Below are positions 1 through 12,667 of a stretch of DNA of 64,000 nucleotides, piece after piece. Within the stretch, counting starts at the first letter, position 1; every line of letters begins with the position of its first letter. Source of the DNA: Octopus bimaculoides. Its lineage: Eukaryota. The position numbers were made by a program, and so were the translations under genes. Under the pieces are notes generated by a model. It saw only the letters and a list, made by a program, of their open reading frames with translations. It searched no databases and was not told where the DNA came from. The stretch lies in NCBI RefSeq assembly GCF_001194135.2, contig NC_068990.1, positions 36,149,353 through 36,213,352 on the forward strand. The letters run 5' to 3'.

Positions 1-527
1 CCTTGACTAAAAGCGAAGAGAGGTGTCGAAATGCATGTTTCTCAACTTGACGTTCAATCGACTTATGTTTAAATAGAGGGAAGAAAATTATTGGAATTTC
101 AAAAACGGCAAACAGAAGTTATAGAGAAAGAAGAGGGTATATAAAAAAATATAAAACACTGCGATAAAAATATTTTTCGTGTTAATTCAGTCAGCTTGGG
201 AAAGAAATGAACGAATCTATCCGACAACCGAATAAATGCATAGTTAGGTGCATACGCATACATGTGTGAGTATGTGATGTGTATGTTGTGTAAATACATG
301 CTCTCTCTCTCTCTCTCTGTGCCTCTTTCTCTCTCTCTTCCTCCCTCTCCCTCTCTCACACGCTCACACACATACGCACACACTCACTCACGCACACACC
401 CCACCACACACACACACAAAGAGAAAGAGATAGCTCATAACAAATCGCTTATATCACACACTGACATGAGAACGCTGCTAACTCGCACACAAAATATTTG
501 ATTTTGCGTCTCTCATCTGATTTACTT

Positions 528-564
<37 letters not shown>

Positions 565-1300
565 GTATATATATGAGGGTACAACTACTCTTTCACTCAG
601 AAATCTCCAGTGGCATTACATCAACCAATTTGCAATTGTGATGACACCGGAAGTTGCTGCCTGGTATTGTAAGGAAAAATTAGTTTTGCTGCCATAAAAC
701 TTTTGAATGAAAATGTTGTTGCTTCATTCGGCTTTCAGTATATGTGAGCAATTTAGTGATCGTACATGTAGATATACTTAACTTTTATATAAGGAAGAGT
801 CAACATAAGAATATATATATATAGTTTAGCTGCAACCCAATTTAATCATCTGTCAAAGTATTTTGATAAAAATTGATCATGAAATATCTTATATAATTCC
901 AAGTATAAGCAGGGGTTTATTTATAAGCAAATGCATTTATAATTACATACAGAGAAATGCTAAATGTTATATAAATATATATAGCGCAAGTATATATGTA
1001 TATATATAGCGCGCGCGCGTGCGATTCTGATGTATTTTCATTAATCATTGGTGAGTATATATTGACACTAAAGCTGCCTTGAAATTTATTTTATTTTATA
1101 CATTCGAACTTAATGCATGGGATTACTGCTACAGCAAATATATATGATTTAAAATGCATATCCATTTAACAATTTGACAATCTATTTTAATACTAAAGCA
1201 GCAATAATATGTGTTTTTTAATTGTTTAAATCCCAGTATATGCAGAATATTAGTTATAAAATAAACGGATGCCTACGTGAATATATGTCATATTAATGTA

Positions 1301-1331
<31 letters not shown>

Positions 1332-1748
1332 CGAATTATTTATTAGAATTCTTTCTAAAAGGAGCCGGTCTCTAACAAAGAAACAAATGCCCCTTTGCTG
1401 GAATTTGAATAGCAAAAACGATAACTTACACGCTGAAATTTATAAAAGACATACAAATTTGTCCTATCCCCTAATCTGTAAACTGCGTGTTAGCCGATCT
1501 GTTATCTTGCCGTAAAATCCACATTGTTTACATTTAATAACATAACCAAGATCATCGATAAATTTGGCAGAAATATAAATTTCTAGGGTAGTAGAGCTTC
1601 AGATATCGAAGCAGTTGTCCTCTATTTTCCGCTGTTTCACTTATTTTCGAATAGACGTTCATATCAGCAGGATCATGTGGGGTTTATTTTTTCGAGTTTG
1701 TTTAGCAATGAAAAAGAGCCAACGTCTTGCCTGAATATGTGGATTTAA

Positions 1749-3240
1749 TTATATGCTGAACTTCATGAGTGTTTTACATATTTTGACAGTACCTTTGATT
1801 TGCTTGTAGCTGTCATCTTCAGATTAGACGTGTTTTTACTCGCTTTGTGAGTCCAAATTCTCAAGATTGATACTGAAGCGGTTAGTCACGTAACCAAATA
1901 ATTCATTAATTATTGTGTGTAATGTAAATGGCGTACCTGCAAGCCTTTCATTAGTTCAGTATAGATGCTTTCTTTCTTACTAAACAAATATGATGTTGAC
2001 GTTTCCTGGGCAGTTGATTTAAACTACTGTGCGCAGTTTCTTTTCTCTGCTGTAGATCATTATGCTCGATCCTTTGTGCCTGCTTTCTAACGAAATTTTG
2101 ATTGACATTCCTACTATATTTTTTCAAATTATGTATGGATATGCACTTCCCACATCACTTATTTGTTTTTCCCAAGGATTATTCTTTCTACGGATTTTAT
2201 AATATAATGTTCTTATCCTGTCATCATATTCCCTAGTTGGTTAATAACGTAAGGACATTTCTGCGCAGTTACTTATAACATGGGTTACGCCCTCATTGCT
2301 GATTCCACATTCCAGTAGTCAACCTTGTTGTCAATCTTACTGTCAGTTGGAAACCGTCCGAGAATATAAACTTACATAACATTTTGTTGGGGTGTATGCC
2401 ACTTCTCTTCTGAACATCCGTTGTAGTAGGGTTGTGCAACTTCTCTGGGTGTATATCAGTTAGGGAAGATTTTCTGAGATGTTTCTTTCCAACTCTCATG
2501 ATGTAATCGTCCTCACGTATGAAGACCCATGCATACATGATCCCTGGCAAGATTTCTACGTATGGCTGTTAGTAGATGTTAAAGAATGGATATGATGCAA
2601 CATTCAAAGATTGTTTGGATCGCTCTGGTACCTTGTTTTTGTTTATACTAGAGGCCATGTACTTCGTTGTCGATGTTGAAAATTCCTGATACAGGTTGTC
2701 AACTTTCGGGTTTTGACATCAATAGCCCGTATCTCGTTCATCATCCAATCGAGTGGCGCAAATCATGGTATGAGCACTGACACGACAAATGCATTGTGGC
2801 TTATGATTAATTGCATACGGAGAGAAGACCGTAATTTCTTTATCGTATTTTATTTATTCTGATGTATATTACCTAATTACACATTTTATGCTACGTCTTC
2901 CACCATTGGAAATACTTTTATCTCTTCTCAAGTACCAATGCTATTTTTCATCAGTTATCAGTGAAATAGTCAGGCCATTTGATAATAATGTTAAAAGATA
3001 GGTTTATAGCCCTGCCTTGTTTTTACAACGATGCAAGAACATTTATCCTAGCCAAACACTATTTTTGTATCTTTTGAGAAAGTCATCAATGTCATCACTA
3101 GGCTAAAGCATAACTTTATACCGTCCATATTCTTGATCTATATTGTTAGATCGTCCATAGAGAAGTAATGTATTAGTTTAAGGTTCCTGTCTCCATGTGA
3201 TCCAATCGCATATTCTTCAGATTTCCTCAACAATAAAGAA
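1749..3240 (-). mobile_element. Decayed RLE-type non-LTR retrotransposon (R4/Dong-like), 3' part: RT end, CCHC knuckle, restriction-like endonuclease
   Basis: Minus-strand translation across stops and frameshifts gives IHYFSMDDL (RT core), FSKDTKIVFG*DKC, LDWMMNEIRAIDVKTRKL, GVTHVISNCAEMSLRY (knuckle remnant), IMIYSREKKLRTVV*INCPGNVNI (PD-(D/E)xK-like) and the terminus GTVKICKTLMKFSI*. Confidence 0.8.
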
Positions 3241-4199
3241 CGAACATTTTCTGAAAGTACATGCTGCATCACGAGAGATTATGGCACTGAAATTCAGTTC
3301 TAGTGTTTGTGTGTGCGTGCGTATGTTCCTTATGCATTCGAAAACTTAGCTGCCGATTTTGACGTATGAGGTATCAAAAGATTCAGTAATCATTCGGCTA
3401 CCAAATAAACTTTACTTTCATTTACATATTTGCATTATAAAAAATTAACATAATTTTTCTTCAAATCAACTATTGTAAACTACATTTTATACCACCACCA
3501 CTACGACAACAATGTCACATCTATAGCTATATATTAGCAAGTGTCTGTGGATGTGTATGTCTGTGCGTAATGCCAATGTGAGAGCGAGAGGGGAGAGAAA
3601 AAAACAGAAAAGCAAAGTGAGGAATTGGTTCTTTACTTCTCCTTTTCCATCCCCTCATTCGTCACAACATTTTTAGTTAGCGGGAGAAATGTCAATAGTG
3701 TAAGCGTGTAAGTGAGTTAGAAAGAGAGATAGAGATAGCGAGAGAGAGAGAAAGAAACTGACATAGACTAAAAGAGTGGAACTATTAAAGAGGATGAGAT
3801 ACAATATGTGTGAGCGAGACAAACACAGAAGGAGAAAAAGTCAGAGAGAAGAGAAAAAGTAAATTTCTATAGGAATTGAAAGAGAGAGGGATAGCGGGAG
3901 AGAGAGAGGGATAGCGGGAGAGAGAGAGGGGGGACGCTGATGTTTGATATTTTATGTAAGTTGTGAAGGTGAAAGAAAGCCGGCACAAAGAGAGGGGGAA
4001 AGCGGGAAAGAAAGAGACACTGATGTTTGATACTGTATGTGTGTATGTGCGTGCGTGTGGTGTTCCACAATCGCCCTTTATTTCAATCACTCCTGTGAAG
4101 ATATTCACGTAACTTTCATTCATTTTCCATTGAAACCCCATCTTAATTTTCAAAAAGGTTTCCCAAGAAAAATGTTCTCACTCTCTAGAAGAGAGGACA

Positions 4200-5715
4200 G
4201 GGCAGATTTAGATGATCAGTATTCTACAGTGAAGCAAAGACGTGTACAGGTAACCGCAGTAAGGTCACTAGAGACCTCTGATCAACAACAGCAAAGGCAT
4301 GAAAACGACAGAAGGAGAGCTGATGCACACAGGACCAATGAATCATAAGAGGGAAAAACGGTTAGAACAATTACGTCAACAAAATGCAATCCACACGAGC
4401 CAAAAAAATGGAAGAGAAAAACGTTTAAAGGATGCAAAACAAAGACACACTGCCAGAGTTGCCAATGAGACAATAGGTCAGCGAGAGATGAGACAAAGAA
4501 AAAAAACAGGAGCAAACAGTAGCTGCAAGACTTCGCCAATCCACAGAGGAAAGACGTGGATGTCTTCATCAAGATAGGCTGAATACTTTTGACAAAAGAG
4601 TTGCACCTTTTAAGGGGATTTAGAAAAGATCAGTTCGGCTATGATTCAAAACATTATTCTATAGAGAAATTGATTGATATCAGAGCAATATCAAAAGAGT
4701 ACAGTTTTTGTAAAGGAAAGAAATTGGGAAAAAGAAACCACTATTATGTGTTGTGGTGGAGGAATGGTTGTTTTACCGACGTTTGGTACACGCCCAGATA
4801 CTTTGAAGGCATTGCTTTTAGGAAACACACAAAGGAGCATGCACTTCCTGAAAGACATTAAGAATCATAATTCTGCTTTCCGAATGACCTCCTTTGGTGG
4901 CAATATTATAACAGAAGGGAACATGAAGCCAACTTTCAAGTTCAAGGTCAAGTATACCATCGTACTGGATCGTTGTTGCCAACTGAAGGCAAAAATCCTG
5001 TTTTTACAGCTGTATTTTGTGACAAATTACAATGAGCAGGCTTTGCAACGGTCATTTAACCTTCCAAATTTGAAAGAAGAGTTAATCTTTGATCTGTAAG
5101 ATATGTTGCATGCAAACAAAAACTACATCAGAAGATTCAAGTAGGCACTGGAATCTGCATCACCCACTGAATACAAGATAGTTATTGTTGCAGACAAAAA
5201 GCATATTGCTGAGCTCAGAAGCCACTACAATTCCCCTACTGCAAATGAAGTAGCAGCAATTATTACAGAGAGATATTCGAGGAAGAAATATTCAAGAAAG
5301 AGGAAATAAAATTCAGCGGATAAACGCAACCTGCACTCCAGTATCCATTAGTCTGTATATTTGGCCAAAATGGATATCACTTTGGTATAAAAAAAAAAAC
5401 AAAGATACGTAATTTCCTTCAACATATGTAATAGAATATATCACCTTTCATAAAAGTGGTAAATTTTGTATTTTCGTTTATTATTATCATTATTATTATT
5501 ATTGTTGTTGTTGTTAGTAGTAGTATTGTTGTTGTTGTTTTTGTTGTTGTTGTATTATGAATTCAGAATTGACTTCCCAGTTGAAAAATAAACTATCCCA
5601 ATTGAAGGATAAGTTGAATTCAGAATGACAAATTTCTATACAACATATTTTGCTTTTTTCTTCCAGCATGTAAGGAACAATTTCATTCGCGGGCAACGCC
5701 GGATGCCTCTGCTAG
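4200..5715 (+). mobile_element. Internally deleted Helitron: N-terminal RepHel pseudogene plus intact 3' terminus
   Basis: Fragmented frames CCGGGMVVLP...PDTLKALLLG...SMHFLKDIKNHNSAFRMTSFGG, QGQVYHRTGSLLPTEG, YNSPTANEVAAII, LQYPL..GQNGYH are typical of the Helitron N-terminal region. The 3' end has a GC hairpin (cgggcaacgccgg, 5690-5702) then CTAG (5712-5715) followed by T. The 5' end is uncertain (possibly A|TC at 3269). Confidence 0.85.
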
Positions 5716-6031
5716 TGTGTATGTGCGTGTATATATATATATANNNNNNNNNNNNNNNNNNNNNNNNNNNNNNNNNNNNNNNNNNNNNNNNNNNNNNNNN
5801 NNNNNNNNNNNNNNNNNNNNNNNNNNNNNNNNNNNNNNNNNNNNNNNNNNNNNNNNNNNNNNNNNNNNNNNNNNNNNNNNNNNNNNNNNNNNNNNNNNNN
5901 NNNNNNNNNNNNNNNNNNNNNNNNNNNNNNNNNNNNNNNNNNNNNNNNNNNNNNNNNNNNNNNNNNNNNNNNNNNNNNNNNNNNNNNNNNNNNNNNNNNN
6001 NNNNNNNNNNNNNNNNNNNNNNNNNNNNNNN

Positions 6032-6330
6032 TGAACTCAGAACATAAAGACAGACGAAATACCGCTTAACATTTCGCCCGGCGTGCTAACGTTTCTTATT
6101 TCTTTATTGCCTGCAAGGGGCTAAACATAGACGAGAAAACAAGGACAGACAGAGGGATTGAGTCGATTAGATTGACCCCAGTGCGTAACTGGTACTTAAT
6201 TTATCGACCCCGAAAGGATGAAAGGCAAAGTTGACCTGGGCGGAATTTGAACTCAGAACGTAACGGCAGACCAAATACCGCTAAGCATTTTGCCCGGCGT
6301 GCTAACGTTTCTGCCAGCTCGCCTCCTTAG
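6032..6330 (-). mobile_element. tRNA-derived SINE, family B (two nested or tandem pieces)
   Basis: Head ggcgagctggcagaaacgttagcacg...gttctgagttcaaattccgcc, core ctttcggggtcgataaattaagtaccag and aataaagaaataag tail. The same family recurs at 23600, 27800, 43300, 52900, 53100, 54100 and 60385. Confidence 0.85.
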
Positions 6331-8054
6331 TACACTAATGATTATTGATACGGATGTAAATGTTTAATGAGGGTAGAAGAGTTGCAGGTTTGGACGCAGT
6401 TGTCCACAGATATCCTCATCGCTGGCTTCGATAGAGATGTTCATATCTGCAAGGCAACTTACCTCTATAACTGTACATGACATTTCTTTCTATCCCAAAT
6501 AACTATGGTAGGTTTGATATGTTTGCACTTAGTGAAAGTTATGATGGGAATGTTCCACTAATATTCGTTGTGCTGACGTGTATGTATTCCATAGCAGATG
6601 TGTTGTTTATTTTTATCCTAGGGCAGTCCTTTTTGCGGAACGTATTATATATATCGCAGATCAATATGGGAAGGATGACTTCCCTTTGCAAATACAGACA
6701 GGACACAGATGTGTGTCAATAGCCAGCTGGGGGAGATGTTCTCCTGGGGCTAAAAGCAACAATAACATCCATTTAAGTGGGAAATATACTTCACGTTGTC
6801 GTGCAGTTACTGTTAATACCTCGTTCAGAGATTTAACATTGTATTATATATTGTTTTAGTAATAACATCTTATCTTAGCGGGAGGACATTTCTGGACAGC
6901 TACTGGCTACATATGTTATATCAAACCACAAAAAAGTGCTATAATCGTCACTTAGAGTTGCATTTTGGGATTTTATGGACTTCGCTGACTTGCATGTTCA
7001 TAAATTATTTTGTAACTATCTCCTACTCATGGATTGCGAAAGAACCGCCTTCAAAATGTAAAGTAGCGGTCATGAGTCCAAGTGAAGCTAAATTTCATGT
7101 TGATATTGTCATTCTCTAACCGACACAATGAAAATATATCGTACAAAGTAACTGTAAACAAGGATAGACTTTAAAATGATATGGCAGGCAGGGATTTCCT
7201 CTTGCAACAAGAAAATATTCCACCATGCAGCTGCAGCACCTTCTGTGACACTCGATTGGGCTATAAAAGAAACCTGTACCATGCACATACAAAGCTGCAA
7301 GCTTCTAGTATTGGCAGGAAATTTCTAATGAAACTGCGATATCGACAGATAGATAATTGAGTTCGTATTTCGGGGTTATTAATTTTCCCTCAAGATTGGG
7401 AATAGAATCTACGTACATTTCTGTGAGTTTCCCAGGGAGAGTTGTTGGTGTGTTTTCAACCAAATACAATAAACTTAACTTCATAACAGCATTTAAATTT
7501 CCTGTTCTGCGACGTAAATCCATTATGCTTTCTTCAAGAGTCGTTATTCACTTGAGTTGCTTATGATTGGCTATTTCTCTGCTGCATGCTTTGCAAATAT
7601 CTCTCAGATATCTCAGAGTAACAGCAGCAGTTTACAGATATCGATATTCCAATACGAGTTTTCATATCTTCTTTTATACATTTTCCAATGATATCATTGA
7701 TAACTTCTATTATGAGAGAGGCTGGTTTTCATCCTATTTCTGTCATAAAAGGTCTGTTGCGTAAGGATAACTTAGAGAAATTAGTGAAATTGATTACAAA
7801 CTATGCTTGCAAAATGTCTTACCGTCGTCTCTATTCTACAGTTGATTCTGTCAGATCCCTATTCTTTTATTCTTTTACTTGTTTCAGTGATTTGACTGCT
7901 GCCATGCAGGGTAGAGGAGTTGCAGGTTTGGACGCAGTTGTCCACAGATATCCTATCTTTTAGTCGAAGAAATCAAAACAAGGACTTATTCTTTGTATAC
8001 ATTATTTATGTTATTTACATTCGACGGATATTTGTCATCATCTTGTTTGTTGTT

Positions 8055-8100
8055 AACACAACGTTTCGGCTGATATACTTTCCAGCCTTCTTCAGGTGTC
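8055..8100 (-). ncRNA. Minimal type-I hammerhead ribozyme motif (intact)
   Basis: gacac-CTGAAGA-a-ggctg(gaaagtatat)cagcc-GAAAC-GTT-gtgtt: 5-bp stem I, conserved core, 5-6 bp stem II, palindromic loopless stem III (AACGTT) and a GUU cleavage triplet. Confidence 0.75.
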
Positions 8101-8147
8101 TTGGGGAAATTTCGAACCTGGGTTCTCATTCCTAGGGTATTTTTCGA

Positions 8148-8178
<31 letters not shown>

Positions 8179-8208
8179 GTTCAGAACCCAGGTTCGAAAT
8201 TTCCCCAA

Positions 8209-8254
8209 GACACCTGAAGAAGGCTGGAGGGTATATCAGCCGAAACATTGTGTT
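8209..8254 (+). ncRNA. Hammerhead ribozyme motif copy (one CpG-type mutation in stem III)
   Basis: gacac-CTGAAGA-a-ggctg(gagggtatat)cagcc-GAAAC-ATT-gtgtt. Confidence 0.65.
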
Positions 8255-8470
8255 AACAAACAAGATGAGGACAAATATCCGTCGAATGTAAATAATGTAC
8301 ATAATTCCTCATCTCTTAAATATAGAACTGTATTATTCTTTGTATGTCTAGTACTTATTCTATCGGTTTCTTTTGCCGAGTTACGGGATGTAAACACACC
8401 AACATCGGTTGTCAAGCGATAGGTGGGGACAAACACAGAAACAAAGGCATATATACAACATATACATACA

Positions 8471-8479
<9 letters not shown>

Positions 8480-8518
<39 letters not shown>

Positions 8519-8651
8519 TATATTATATATACACACACACACACACATATATATATATAGATATAGATATATTATATATACACACACACATATATATATA
8601 TAGATATATTATATATACACACACATATATATATATAGATATATTATATAT

Positions 8652-8684
<33 letters not shown>

Positions 8685-8700
8685 TAGATATATTATATAT

Positions 8701-8732
<32 letters not shown>

Positions 8733-8745
8733 GTATATATGTACA
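8480..8745. repeat. Higher-order compound microsatellite (TA)n-GATATATT-(TA)n-(CA)n blocks
   Basis: About five repeats of a variable-length (roughly 35-50 bp) unit built from dinucleotide tracts, inside the SINE's central microsatellite. Confidence 0.85.
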
Positions 8746-10005
8746 TACATATATACGACGGGATTCTTTCAGTTTCCGTTTACCAAATCCACTCACAAGT
8801 TTTGGTCGGCCCAAGACTATAATAGAAGACACTTGCCCAAGGTGCCACGCAATGGGACTGAACCATTGGTTGGGAATCATGTAGTTGGGAAGTAAGCTTC
8901 TCACCAAACAGCTACATCTGCGCCTGTGCGAGATATCAGCCAGAGTCGTGTAACGGTGGCGCTACCTGTGTTAGTTCGTTTACATTCTTGTCGGTCTCAT
9001 AAGAAGCTTTTGACTAGTTTTGAATACAGTCAGAAGTATAAGTGGTATTAAAGAAATTAGGATATCCGTTGCTATATGTGACAGCTATTATTAGGGCAAA
9101 GAAAGCTGCCGCAGATACTTAGCTACGTTGTAGCTTATATTCTGCTGATATTCGTTCCAACGTTTTAAACCGTTTCATGTAACCGATTGTGGGATCCTCT
9201 TAGGCTTTTGTATGGCATCAAAGATCATCTTGATTCCATCATAATGGTATTTATGTCAATGGTATTGATATTCTTTGTCAATATTGGTGTATTATTGTCG
9301 GTGCCAGCCATAATCATACAACTGAAATTCTATGTATATGAAACTATTTCTTAAAGCTAGTATATGAACAACGCCAAGATGTGAGTAAAAGGTGTTTCTC
9401 TTATATATAAAAAAAAAATAGAAAAAAAAATTTACTAACCAAGGTTTCTTTAAATGAGCATAGCTATAGAGGGAGACATTCAAAAACACATGTCCTATGT
9501 ACATGCACACCTCACTGAAACGGCTATGTATACACGCACAAATATACACACACACGCACACACATATATAGATATATATATATATATGCATACACACGAG
9601 CAAAGGCACACAAAAATTTATACACACACATATATATATATATAACACTAAAAAGCTACTATGTTCACACTGTCCTTAGATAGCCTGGTAAAAGATTCTA
9701 TGGAACATTTTCCCCACATATACACAGGTGCACGCGTGTGTGTATGTGTAGAAACAAATGCACATAACGGATTATATGCAGGGACAAATATATTCATATA
9801 TCTGACCATAACAGCTTTCTGTTTACTTCTTTCACCTTTCCATGAACATGAGTTCTCAATTACATTTTTCATTTGCTGTAAGTCAACGTAATCTCGCAGG
9901 TTTCAAGACAAAACTAACACCCAGAGTGCAAGCGGTTTATAGAATCGTATATGCACGGACACACACAAACATATGCATATGCATACAGGAGGGATGCATG
10001 CATCC

Positions 10006-10050
<45 letters not shown>

Positions 10051-10053
<3 letters not shown>

Positions 10054-11351
10054 GCTAAAATTCACGAAGACGTTTAAATGTTTAATAGCTCCTATATTTT
10101 TTTTATTTTGATTTACAATATCATAGTACCATATACAGTACATTTAGAATATAAATTTACACTACGTATGAAAAATCACATCCCGTAAATAGCGACCATT
10201 GTGTGCCTCGCACAAATGTGCCCTATCTAAGGTATTTTCCATGACAGTCCAGGTTCAGTTTTCATGACAGTTGCAGGTTCTAGTGCTCTGATTTTGGCCC
10301 AAATATTGTTGTTAAGCTGTGGAAGTGTCTAAGGCTTGTTAACATTTTTTTTTCAAGATATAGCCCCCATAGGAAGTAACGAGGGTCGTTAGATCTTTAG
10401 AACTCAATGGGCAGCGTATGTAGCAACCGCTGGAAGTTATTCTTCCCTCAAAAATATATTTGAACAGTTGGATTGTGTTCTTTGCTCTGTGAGCTGTGGC
10501 TCCATTCTATTGGGAGCACATATCATATTTATTTTGAACCACTGGGCGTAAGAAATTTTCAATTATAGACCGATATTCATTTCCTATGACAGTGACAGGG
10601 TTCCCATCGTTGTGTTCGTAAGAATAAGGTCCGATCACTTTTCATGACGTTACCCAAACTAAGAGCGTATACTTGAGGGGATGCATTTCCCGCCGGTGAA
10701 TTACCACAGGACTTTCCTAATCCCAAATCTTGCACCTTTGTTTGTTAATGAAGCCATTCAAATGAAAATGTGCTTCATCTGACATTATCTGCATGCGGAT
10801 AGATTCGAGATCTTCTCTTGCTAATTCTTGAAATCTAACTGGATATTGCAATTTGTGGGTATAATCTGGTTGCTTCACTTATTACACGAACTAGATTTTA
10901 TGCGGTAAAACGGTTCACTGTTTTCAGAATACGTCAGAGCAACATCCGAGTGACACCAACCTGTCCAGAAAGCCTTCGCGTTGGTGTGCTCGGGTCATCT
11001 TCAATACTCCCCCTTACACACCTGACTGTGGCTTCGTTCATAATGGAAGCTCGTAGAAGGTCGCTTACTGAATCACCCTGTCTCTCAGAACGAGCAACCA
11101 AACGTCTAATCATCGATTCACTTGGGGAATCTCTCACGCCGTATCGGTGACAATATGCTCGTCGAGCCAGAATTATTGATCCTTGGTTTTGATAGTAAAA
11201 TTTCACAAATTTGTGTTCACTGTTCGGTGGTGAAGTTTTCCATCGTTAATATCCAAGGTTTTCTTTATAAAATCTGTAAAATGTAAAGGTGACTACTTTG
11301 ATAAACAAATTATTATATATTGCAAGATTTCGAGACTTTTAGTCCACCTTG
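10051..11351 (-). mobile_element. Full-size decayed Tc1/mariner element, rosa/DD41D-like
   Basis: Transposase remnants KFYYQNQGS...PSESMIRRLV, MSDEAHFHLNGFINKQ, Q*NGATAH...EGRITS...CPLSSKDLT. Imperfect TIRs tgggctaaaattcacgaa / ttcgagacttttagtccaccttg, TA-flanked, about 1.3 kb. Confidence 0.8.
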
Positions 11352-12667
11352 TATACATATCAAATTTGATAGTCTTAAGTGATAATTAACAGCAAACATC
11401 TACTGCTGGAAGAATTCATTACTGACAGAAGACTTAAATTCATTGTAGAAGAATCAACTGTAACAAAGTTTCGCCTGTCTACAGGCTTTTCCTTTCGGTG
11501 AACTGAACTGCAGAGATTAAGATATCTTTATAGAAGTTTAACGATAGCCGGATCGTGCACAGTAAGCTATACAAGTCTGTTGGATTACTGTTTATCAGCA
11601 CATATAAGTGTATGTATGTATGTATGCATGCATGCATGCATTGACGGACGGACAGATGGGGGGACATTTGGATGCATGGATGGATACTCTAACAAAGATT
11701 TGGAGTAATATTTTGACTCGAGTCGAAAATTCTAGTACCATGCTCAGCGTAACACGAAATATATAGTTTACATACATACATACATATTTCATATATATNN
11801 NNNNNNNNNNNNNNNNNNNNNNNNNNNNNNNNNNNNNNNNNNNNNNNNNNNNNNNNNNNNNNNNNNNNNNNNNNNNNNNNNNNNNNNNNNNNNNNNNNNN
11901 NNNNNNNNNNNNNNNNNNNNNNNNNNNNNNNNNNNNNNNNNNNNNNNNNNNNNNNNNNNNNNNNNNNNNNNNNNNNNNNNNNNNNNNNNNNNNNNNNNNN
12001 NNNNNNNNNNNNNNNNNNNNNNNNNNNNNNNNNNNNNNNNNNNNNNNNNNNNNNNNNNNNNNNNNNNNNNNNNNNNNNNNNNNNNNNNNNNNNNNNNNNN
12101 NNNNNNNNNNNNNNNNNNNNNNNNNNNNNNNNNNNNNNNNNNNNNNNNNNNNNNNNNNNNNNNNNNNNNNNNNNNNNNNNNNNNNNNNNNNNNNNNNNNN
12201 NNNNNNNNNNNNNNNNNNNNNNNNNNNNNNNNNNNNNNNNNNNNNNNNNNNNNNNNNNNNNNNNNNNNNNNNNNNNNNNNNNNNNNNNNNNNNNNNNNNN
12301 NNNNNNNNNNNNNNNNNNNNNNNNNNNNNNNNNNNNNNNNNNNNNNNNNNNNNNNNNNNNNNNNNNNNNNNNNNNNNNNNNNNNNNNNNNNNNNNNNNNN
12401 NNNNNNNNNNNNNNNNNNNNNNNNNNNNNNNNNNNNNNNNNNNNNNNNNNNNNNNNNNNNNNNNNNNNNNNNNNNNNNNNNNNNNNNNNNNNNNNNNNNN
12501 NNNNNNNNNNNNNNNNNNNNNNNNNNNNNNNNNNNNNNNNNNNNNNNNNNNNNNNNNNNNNNNNNNNNNNNNNNNNNNNNNNNNNNNNNNNNNNNNNNNN
12601 NNNNNNNNNNNNNNNNNNNNNNNNNNNNNNNNNNNNNNNNNNNNNNNNNNNNNNNNNNNNNNNNNNN

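Larger units (their letters stand above)
7999..8332. mobile_element. Penelope-like hammerhead-bearing element as a partially inverted (head-to-head) insertion with 13-bp TSD
   Basis: Arms of about 150 bp are inverted around an (ATT)n centre. ttattctttgtat is duplicated at 7986-7998 and 8333-8345. Confidence 0.8.
7861..8925 (-). mobile_element. tRNA-derived SINE, family A, carrying secondary insertions and an expanded microsatellite
   Basis: Tail ttttacttgtttcagt..tttgactg, body ttattctatcggt..ttttgccga, head segment ttcagtcccattgcgtggcaccttgggcaagtgtcttct. Same family as 25547-25943. Confidence 0.85.
6340..9420 (-). mobile_element. Second decayed RLE-type (R4/Dong-like) LINE lacking most of RT, interrupted by a SINE
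   Basis: Minus-strand remnants: KA*EDPTIGYMKRFKTL (about 9200) and TTLEESIMDLRRRTGNLNAVMK (about 7500). These join almost directly to FAIHE*EIVTK...KCNSK*RL...SCPEMSSR (CCHC) and EY*WNIPIITFTKCKHIKPTIVIWDRKK...EVSCLADMNIS...QLRPNLQLFYP (RLE). Confidence 0.7.

Noticed and set aside
1-45. Possible third hammerhead/PLE end (cttgacta...gaaatgcatg)
   Set aside because: The core is too degenerate, stem II does not pair convincingly, and the context is cut by the window edge.
4299-4577. K/R/Q-rich ORF as an independent host gene
   Set aside because: It directly precedes and is collinear with the Helitron RepHel remnants and is the typical charged helical N-terminus of that protein.
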